Shown here in pieces: positions 7,552-13,549 of a stretch of DNA of 13,549 nucleotides. Below the pieces are notes generated by a model. The model was not told where the DNA came from, searched no databases, and worked only from the letters and a program-made list of their open reading frames with translations. The stretch covers positions 1 through 13,549 of the forward strand of contig PXUB01000024.1 of assembly GCA_003009755.1 (NCBI GenBank), in the 5' to 3' direction. Made by a program: the position numbers and the translations under genes. This DNA comes from Thermoplasmatales archaeon SW_10_69_26 (GTDB lineage: Archaea; Thermoplasmatota; SW-10-69-26). The first letter of the stretch is position 1. Each line of letters begins with the position of its first letter.

Positions 7552-7608
7552 CCCTCGACGGGGCCGTCGACCGGCCTGCGGGCAACAAGGTTTTTGTCCC
7601 GTCGAGGG
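7552..7608. repeat. 11-bp perfect inverted repeat bracketing the paralog-2 promoter
   Basis: CCCTCGACGGG (7552-7562) and CCCGTCGAGGG (7598-7608) with a 35-nt spacer. Confidence 0.7.
7582..7596 (+). promoter_or_regulatory. Putative archaeal BRE/TATA promoter of paralog 2
   Basis: GCAACAAGGTTTTTG, T-run at 7591, 31 nt before ATG 7622. Shares GCAACAAG and downstream CCGTCG with the paralog-1 promoter. Confidence 0.65.
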
Positions 7609-7621
7609 CACTGCGGCCTCG

Positions 7622-9004
7622 ATGCGAGGCAAGGCTGCCCTCGTGGCTGGGTTGATGCTGCTCATGACCGCCCCGCCGACGGCGATGGCCCAAAGCGGGG
7701 GACAGGGGGGCACGGACGAGGTCACCTTCTACGGCCACATCTTCGACGCCACCATCGCTGGCCCCAACCCGGCCAACACCGAGGCACCGGTCGGCGAAGA
7801 CAACTTCGGGCTCGGCTTCGGCGTGAACTGCCAGGACGTCGGTCCCGCTCTGCCGGGGGCGCCCACGCCGCTCGTCGGCGACGACTGGGAGTCCTGCCAG
7901 GACGAGGAGGGCAACAAGATGGTGATGTTCTCCACCGCCGGGCCCGTCGACGTGCAGAACCGGGCCGAGTTCCTGCAGAACGGCGCCTACTCGCAGCTGC
8001 ACAACGAGCGGGGGCAGACCAAGCCCGTCCAGTTGGACGACAGCGGCTCGATCTCGGCCAGCCTCTACGGTACGTGGGACACGCACGGCTGGGTGGTCGG
8101 GTACCCGAACCCGTACGGGACGAACTGCATGGGCACCCACCCGCCCGGCGTCCCGTGCATGTACCCGTACTGGGGCTGGGACCCCGGCGTCTACGAGGAC
8201 GTGGTCATGGAGGCCACGATGTACCACGCCAACCTGGGCGAGCGCACGAACAGCTCGCAAGCCCCGCCGATCCAGGAGGCCGTCGACAGCGGCGAGGCCA
8301 CGGTCGTGGCCGAGGGCCAGTGGGGTCCCGACCAGGTGGTGAACGGCCTGCCGGGCTCGGCGAACGCGTTCCACTGGGAGATCGATCTCGGCCCGCCGCA
8401 GGTCGAGGAGATCCCGCGCGAGGACGATTTCTTCCTCGTCTTCACCACCTACCAGTCGCCGAGCGGCAACGACTACTGCTACGATTGCCCGATGCGGTGG
8501 TGGAGCGGCGAGTTCTTCCCGCCCAGCTTCGAGCTCCCCGTCGAGAACGCCTTCACGGTCGAGCGCACGGTCCCGAACTTCGCCAACGGGAAGATGGCGA
8601 TCCTGGGCATCCTGAACACCCCGTGGGGCAGCTACGACGTCGACGAGGACAGCGTCGACGTCGAGATCGAGGGCCCCCAGGGTGAGGTGACCCCGGAGAA
8701 CATCCAGCGCTACTCCGACTTCAGCGTCGCGCACGGCGGTCACTTCGATCCGGTGAACGTCACCTGGATCTGGGACTACCGCGCCGACGACGTCCCCCCC
8801 GGCCAGTACGAGGTCACGGTCACCGGCGCCAACGCCCAGAACTCGGCGCAGGCCACGTGCACGGCCTCGTTCACGATCGAGGCGGACGGCGAGGATCTGG
8901 CGCCGGGCGAGGCCGAGGAAGCTGCGTGCGGGATCCAGGGCGTCGCGACCGAGGAGGCCGTCGAGGAAGCTCGCGAGGGCGCGAACGAGACCACCGAAGG
9001 CTAA
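7622..9004 (+). CDS. Secreted 8-cysteine protein of unknown function (tandem paralog 2)
   Basis: ATG 7622 gives signal peptide MRGKAALVAGLMLLMTAPPTAMA. 460 aa. Shares blocks with paralog 1 such as QLHNERGQTK, PCMYPYWGWDPGV and CPMRWWSGEFFPPSFELPVENAFTVER. Confidence 0.85.
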   Translation: MRGKAALVAGLMLLMTAPPTAMAQSGGQGGTDEVTFYGHIFDATIAGPNPANTEAPVGEDNFGLGFGVNCQDVGPALPGAPTPLVGDDWESCQDEEGNKMVMFSTAGPVDVQNRAEFLQNGAYSQLHNERGQTKPVQLDDSGSISASLYGTWDTHGWVVGYPNPYGTNCMGTHPPGVPCMYPYWGWDPGVYEDVVMEATMYHANLGERTNSSQAPPIQEAVDSGEATVVAEGQWGPDQVVNGLPGSANAFHWEIDLGPPQVEEIPREDDFFLVFTTYQSPSGNDYCYDCPMRWWSGEFFPPSFELPVENAFTVERTVPNFANGKMAILGILNTPWGSYDVDEDSVDVEIEGPQGEVTPENIQRYSDFSVAHGGHFDPVNVTWIWDYRADDVPPGQYEVTVTGANAQNSAQATCTASFTIEADGEDLAPGEAEEAACGIQGVATEEAVEEAREGANETTEG

Positions 9005-9082
9005 CTTGACGGACTCGTCCCGTCGCGGGGCGCGAGAGCCAGCCGGGGAAGATTCTTGGCTTGGCGCGCGCTTCGCCCGTCG

Positions 9083-11050
9083 ATGGTTTCGAAGGTCCAA
9101 GCTCCGGATCCGGACGCCGACGACGTGGTCTGGGTCCCCTCCGAGGAACGGGTGGAGGAGGCCAACGTCACCGCGTTCATGGAGGAGCACGGGATCGCGT
9201 CGCTGGAGGAGCTGATCAACCGCTCCCGCGAGGATCTCGAGTGGTTCTGGGGGGCGGTCGAGGAGCACCTCGGCGTCGAGTGGTTCGAGGAATACGATGC
9301 CGTGCTCGACGCGTCCGAGGGCATCGAGCACGCCGAGTGGTTCACGAGCGGCACGACGAACATCGCCCACAACTGCGTGGATCGGTGGGCCCGCGGCGAG
9401 CGCAGCGACGAGGTCGCGTTGATCGGCGAAGCCGAGGACGGCTCGGTGCGCGAGTGGACCTACCAGGACCTGTACGAGACCACGAACCAGGTCGCCGGCG
9501 CGCTCGAGGACGCCGGCGTCTCCGAAGGGGACGCCGTCGGCGTGTTCATGCCGATGATCCCCGAGACGGTGGCCGCCACGATGGCGATCGCCAAGCTCGG
9601 CGCGATCTTCGTCCCCCTCTTCAGCGGGTTCGCGCCCGATGCGATCGCGACCCGGCTGGCCGACGCCGACGCCAAGGCCCTGATCACGGCCGACGGGTTC
9701 GCCCGCGGCGGCAGCCGGGTCGAGATGAAGTCCACGGCCGACGAGGCCCTCGCGGAGGTGCCCACGGTCGAGGACGTGATCGTGTACGACAACGCGGATC
9801 TGGACGTCCCGATGGACGCCGACCGCGACCGGACGTGGGCCGAGGCGACCGCCGGCCAACCCACCGACAAGGACAGCGTCCCCGTCGACAGCGAGCACCC
9901 TTGGATGGTCGTCTACACGAGCGGGACGACGGGCAAGCCCAAGGGCGCGGTGCACGTCCACGGCGGCTTCCTCGTCAAGATCATGCAGGAGGTCGCCCAC
10001 CAGACCGACGTCGGGCCCGAGGACGTGCTGTACTGGATCACGGACATGGGTTGGATCATGGGTCCCTGGGAGGTCGTCGGCGGGCTCGGTCTCGGCGCCA
10101 GCGTCGTCCTGTACGAGGGCTCGCCCACGCATCCCGATCCGGGCCGCGTGTGGCAGCTCGTCGAGGATCACGAGGTCGACGCGCTGGGCTTGTCGCCGAC
10201 GTTCGTGCGGGCGATCATCCCGGAGGGCGACGAGCACGTGACCAGCCGGGATCTGTCGTCCTTGAAGGCGATCGGATCCACGGGCGAGCCGTGGAACCCC
10301 GAGCCCTACCGGTGGCTTTTGGACACGGTCGGCGATGGCGATGTCCCGATCATCAACCTCTCCGGCGGGACCGAGGTCGGCGCCTGCTTCCTGTCGCCGC
10401 TGCCGATCACTCCGTTGAAGCCGTGCACGCTGGGCCACCCCTCGCTGGGCGTGGCGACCGACGTGCTCGACGACGACGCCAACCCCGTCCGCGACGGGGA
10501 GGTCGGCGAGCTGGCCTGCACGCGATCCTGGCCGGGCATGACCCGCGGCCTCTGGCAGGCACCCGACCGCTACGAGGAGGCCTACTGGGACCGCTGGCCG
10601 GAGATCTGGGCCCACGGGGACTGGGCCAGCGTGGACGAGGACGGCTACTGGTACCTGCACGGGCGCTCGGACGACGTGATCACCGTCGCCGGCAAGCGGG
10701 TCGGCCCGGCCGAGGTCGAGTCCGCCGCCGTCGACACGGGGCTGGCCCAGGAGGCGGCCGCGGTCGGCGTGCCGCACGACGTCAAGGGCCAAAGCGTGCA
10801 CGTTTTCGCCATCCCGACGAACGTCGACGACGAGCACGAGGCCAGGCAGCGCATCTCGCAGGCCGTCGTCGACGGGCTCGGCAAGCCGTTCAAGCCCGGC
10901 GGCGTCCACTTCGTGGACGATCTGCCACGCACGAAGACGGCCAAGATCCTCCGCCGCGCCATCGAGGCCAAGGCGAAAGGCGAGGATCCCGGCGATCTCT
11001 CCAGCATCGACAACCCCGAGGCTCTCGACCTGATCGAAGCTGTGGACTAG
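9083..11050 (+). CDS. AMP-forming acyl-CoA synthetase (acetate/acetoacetate-CoA ligase-like)
   Basis: ATG 9083. P-loop YTSGTTGKPKG, WITDMGWIMG, GSTGEPWN, SGGTE, HGDWA, GRSDDVI, and LPRTKTAKILRR containing the catalytic Lys. Confidence 0.93.
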   Translation: MVSKVQAPDPDADDVVWVPSEERVEEANVTAFMEEHGIASLEELINRSREDLEWFWGAVEEHLGVEWFEEYDAVLDASEGIEHAEWFTSGTTNIAHNCVDRWARGERSDEVALIGEAEDGSVREWTYQDLYETTNQVAGALEDAGVSEGDAVGVFMPMIPETVAATMAIAKLGAIFVPLFSGFAPDAIATRLADADAKALITADGFARGGSRVEMKSTADEALAEVPTVEDVIVYDNADLDVPMDADRDRTWAEATAGQPTDKDSVPVDSEHPWMVVYTSGTTGKPKGAVHVHGGFLVKIMQEVAHQTDVGPEDVLYWITDMGWIMGPWEVVGGLGLGASVVLYEGSPTHPDPGRVWQLVEDHEVDALGLSPTFVRAIIPEGDEHVTSRDLSSLKAIGSTGEPWNPEPYRWLLDTVGDGDVPIINLSGGTEVGACFLSPLPITPLKPCTLGHPSLGVATDVLDDDANPVRDGEVGELACTRSWPGMTRGLWQAPDRYEEAYWDRWPEIWAHGDWASVDEDGYWYLHGRSDDVITVAGKRVGPAEVESAAVDTGLAQEAAAVGVPHDVKGQSVHVFAIPTNVDDEHEARQRISQAVVDGLGKPFKPGGVHFVDDLPRTKTAKILRRAIEAKAKGEDPGDLSSIDNPEALDLIEAVD

Positions 11051-11491
11051 GTCGAGAGCCAACGCCAAGTCGATGCTGGAGACGCGCCGAGGCCGAGCGC
11101 CGGGACGACCGCAGGAGGCAAGCGAGGCCTCGGCTTGCGTCCGGCGACGAGCCGACCGACCCCCGAGGGACGGAGGGAGGCTCGTCGACCGGGTTTGCAG
11201 CGTCGACAACGCCGAGTCGATGCTCGACAGAGTACGAACTTGAGGCTCGCGTTGACGCAGGAGCCGAGCCGAACGTTCGTACGGATTCGGGAACCTCGGC
11301 CGCCGACCCCCGAATGGCGGAGGCGGCCGGGTTCCCGACCGAGCAGCATCGACAACCCCGAGGCGCTGGACCTGATCCATCCTGTCGACGAGACCAGCGC
11401 CGGAGGGGTCGATGCGGGAAACGCGCGGCTGGACGATCGAGGCCCTGCAACGCCTCGGGGCCGGCGCACGGTTCGAGATCGAGGGCCTCGA
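10990..11491. repeat. Array of related stem-loops overlapping and following the acyl-CoA synthetase 3' end
   Basis: Stems: 10998-11011/11069-11082 (14 bp); 11020-11031/11049-11060 (12 bp); 11145-11153/11179-11187; 11199-11207/11216-11224; 11287-11304/11322-11338; 11346-11353/11408-11415; 11362-11369/11394-11401; 11437-11446/11482-11491. Direct repeat 11002-11050 vs 11344-11392 (42/49 identical). Confidence 0.8.
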
Positions 11492-11522
11492 GGACGCCCC
11501 GCCCAGGTGACGCTTGGCAGGG

Positions 11523-11871
11523 TCAGACGATCGGGTCCCCGGCAGGGACGCGGCCAGGCCCCAGCCGCCGGGCGTCCCGGGGGCCCCAACGGACCGCGAG
11601 GCCGCTGGTGCAGCCTCGCCCGTCGAGCCGGTGCGCCTCGACCGGCCCGGGACCGGCGACGTCTCGGGTCTTGCCGTTCACGATTGCGGATGCGGCGACG
11701 GCGCCCGTGCACCGATCGCCGGCCGATGTGTGCCGATCGGCCGAGGCCGCGGGCCCAGCGTCGAGGCCGCGGTCGGGTTCGGAGCCGTCGTCGCTGTGCT
11801 TGGCGATGACCGGGGGACCGCCCGCGGCCATCAGTAAGACGAGGGCGACCCCAACGACTCGATCGGACCAT
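11523..11871 (-). pseudogene. Possible decayed secreted-protein gene
   Basis: The frame of ORF 11523..11831 extends upstream as WSDRVVGVALVLLMAAGGPPVIA, which is signal-peptide-like. The nearest upstream ATG (11871) is 1 nt out of frame, and the distal part degenerates into Arg/Gly-rich sequence. Confidence 0.3.
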
Positions 11872-12004
11872 GTCGATCACGAACACGGTGGGCGGCAGGG
11901 CTCGTGAACAGATCGGCTCCATCGTTGAACGCGGTCCGTGGCTTCCGCACGTCTGCCTTCCGGGTGATTGATGAGGGGCCGTCGGGCAAGGAAGCCCCCA
12001 ACCG

Positions 12005-12616
12005 ATGGACGTGCGCGTCTCCGGGTTCCGCGTGGAGGGGTCCTGGGAGACGGTGGTCCGCCACGCCGAACGCGTCTCCCGCGCCCTGTTGCGTGCGCTG
12101 GCCGGCCGGGAGGAGGAGGCCACCGCCCGCGAGAACGAGGCCTTCGGCCAGTGGGAGCACTGGCGGCCCCGACGGCGGGACGCGGGGGCCGAGAAGATGC
12201 GGGAACGGACCGCCGAGCAGGCCAGCGTCGACGAGGGCGACGGCGAGCAGGAGGGCATCGGCGTGCGGGAGGATTTGGCCGATGCAGGCCGCAAGCTCGA
12301 CGAGGCGGCCAGCGACCTCACCGAAGCTGGGGTCCGCGAGGCTGCCTCCTCGGTCGGCGAGTCCGTGGAGCACGCGGCGCGGGCCGCCGACCAGGCCGGC
12401 CGGCGGGCGCTGCGCGCCGTCGAGGAAGGCCTGTACCGCCACCTGGTGACGCGCGTCTCGCCCTACTACTTCGACAACCCGCTCGTCCACGCGAACCTCG
12501 AGCGGGTCGGCGAGGGTCGGTTCGTGTTCGAGGTCGACGTCAAGGACGACGAGCTCAAGGCGGCCGTCCACGAGGAGCTGGAGGGCATGGTCGAGGACGA
12601 GACCGACCCCGCCTGA
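12005..12616 (+). CDS. DUF5828-like protein of halophilic archaea
   Basis: Motifs VSGFRVEGSWETVVRHAER, WEHWRP, RTAEQAS, ARAADQAGRRALRAVEE, PYYFDNPLVHAN and FVFEVDVKDDELK match my recollection of this family; not searched. Confidence 0.75.
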   Translation: MDVRVSGFRVEGSWETVVRHAERVSRALLRALAGREEEATARENEAFGQWEHWRPRRRDAGAEKMRERTAEQASVDEGDGEQEGIGVREDLADAGRKLDEAASDLTEAGVREAASSVGESVEHAARAADQAGRRALRAVEEGLYRHLVTRVSPYYFDNPLVHANLERVGEGRFVFEVDVKDDELKAAVHEELEGMVEDETDPA

Positions 12617-12644
12617 GATGATCCAGGCGGGGCCGTCCTCGTGC

Positions 12645-13448
12645 TCACTCGGCCAGCGGGCTCACGGGCAACGCGAGCTGGCCGGGACGTTCGCCGTCGA
12701 GGTGGACGGTGACCTCGCCGCTGTCGTAGGCGGGCACGGTGCGACCCTCGTCGTGGGAGCGCAGCGTGAGCTCGATCGTCGAGCCGGCCGGGATGACATC
12801 CTCCTGGGGGTACATCTCGATCGTGACCGGCGTGGGTTCGCCCGGGATCAACCGCTGGGGATCCTCGAGCCCGGAGCGGTAGGTCGGGTCGAGGTAGCCG
12901 AAGTTCTGCCGGGAGGGACCCTCCCCATCGTCGACCGCGAGCACGGCCACGAGGTGGACGTCGTCCTCGCTGGCCTCGACCGTGAGGTTCAGCTCGGGCG
13001 TGCCCGACAGGTGCAGGTCCTCGTCGAGCTCCTCGCTGCGGAGGACGACCTGGCTGGCGTCGGTGGCGGTCTGCTGACCCTTGGTCGCCTGCCAGCCGAC
13101 CTCGCCCTCGGGGGCTTGGTCCCACCCGAGCCCGTCCGCGGTGAGGTTCAGGAAGCGGTGCTCGGCCTCGGCCGGCGGCCAGGTGTCCTCGTAGGTTTGC
13201 CAGTCGCCGGCGTTGTCCTGGATGTAGGCCCGATCCTCGGCGAAGAGACCGGTGTCGGCGCCGTCGAGCGTCTGGTCGAAGAAGGCGACGGCCAGCTCCC
13301 ACCAGTCGCCGTAGACGTCCTCGTCGGTGTCGGCGGGGTAGGCGTGGCCCCACTGGCCGGCGACGAGGGTTTTGTTCACGTCGAGCTCGTTGAACCAGGG
13401 GTCGATGTGGTCGGGCTTGACGTTCCAGTCGGCCAGGCCTTGAGCCAT
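12645..13448 (-). pseudogene. C-terminal part of a CocE/NonD (X-Pro dipeptidyl-peptidase-like) serine hydrolase, apparently 5'-truncated
   Basis: QGLADWNVKPDH (Asp), GQWGHAYP (His), AFFDQTL, and a PepX_C-type jelly-roll domain (LHLSGTPELNLTV...VIPAGSTIELTL). The nucleophile-Ser half is missing and the upstream sequence changes composition abruptly. Confidence 0.75.
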
Positions 13449-13449
13449 G

Positions 13450-13549
13450 AGCGCCCTCGCCCAAAACCCCAGACTGGCCTCTGATCCGACTCGACCCAGT
13501 AGAAACTGATTCGAAGAATAAACGGCGGGTTCGGCGACTTTTGTTTTGA
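13450..13549. mobile_element. Possible insertion-sequence end interrupting the hydrolase gene
   Basis: Abrupt loss of hydrolase-like coding and of GC3 bias. 13501-13549 is only 21/49 G+C. The junction reads GCGCCCTCGCCCAAAACCCC. No transposase or partner inverted repeat is visible in the window. Confidence 0.4.

Noticed and set aside
7415-11380. 1321-aa minus-strand ORF, and similar long ORFs 6094..7725, 9061..11907, 1957..3372, 2370..3494 and 11047..12321
   Set aside because: These are antisense or off-frame shadows of well-supported genes, caused by high GC3 bias. They are Arg/Gly/Pro/Val-rich with no recognisable motifs.
10990-11491. CRISPR array or SECIS interpretation of the repeats
   Set aside because: The repeats are few, degenerate and spaced far wider than CRISPR units, and no cas genes are present. 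The upstream gene has no in-frame TGA that would need a SECIS.
11135-11809. 224-aa plus-strand ORF containing SSIDNPEALDLI
   Set aside because: It is Arg-rich and unlike the acidic proteome. The peptide match is explained by the DNA duplication.

Overview
GC-rich window whose real proteins are strongly Asp/Glu-rich. Several genes have archaeal BRE/TATA-like boxes about 30 nt upstream of the start codon. This points to a halophilic archaeon, either Halobacteria or a halophilic Thermoplasmatota lineage (inference). In order, the window contains: a secreted surface protein with an archaeosortase-like C-terminal tail; a small ribbon-helix-helix protein; a translationally coupled minus-strand operon (MntR/SirR-type DtxR regulator, Tat-exported two-domain multicopper oxidase, ZIP transporter with an extra extracellular domain) behind a palindromic operator; a decayed mini surface-protein gene; a lipase-type hydrolase; two tandem paralogous secreted 8-Cys proteins of unknown function with duplicated promoters; an acyl-CoA synthetase; a DUF5828-like protein; and a 5'-truncated CocE/NonD hydrolase next to AT-richer sequence (possible IS end). 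The most unusual signal is a ~500-nt hairpin array overlapping and following the acyl-CoA synthetase stop codon. It contains a repeated stem-loop with compensatory base changes, a deletion-derivative copy and ~146-147-nt periodicity.
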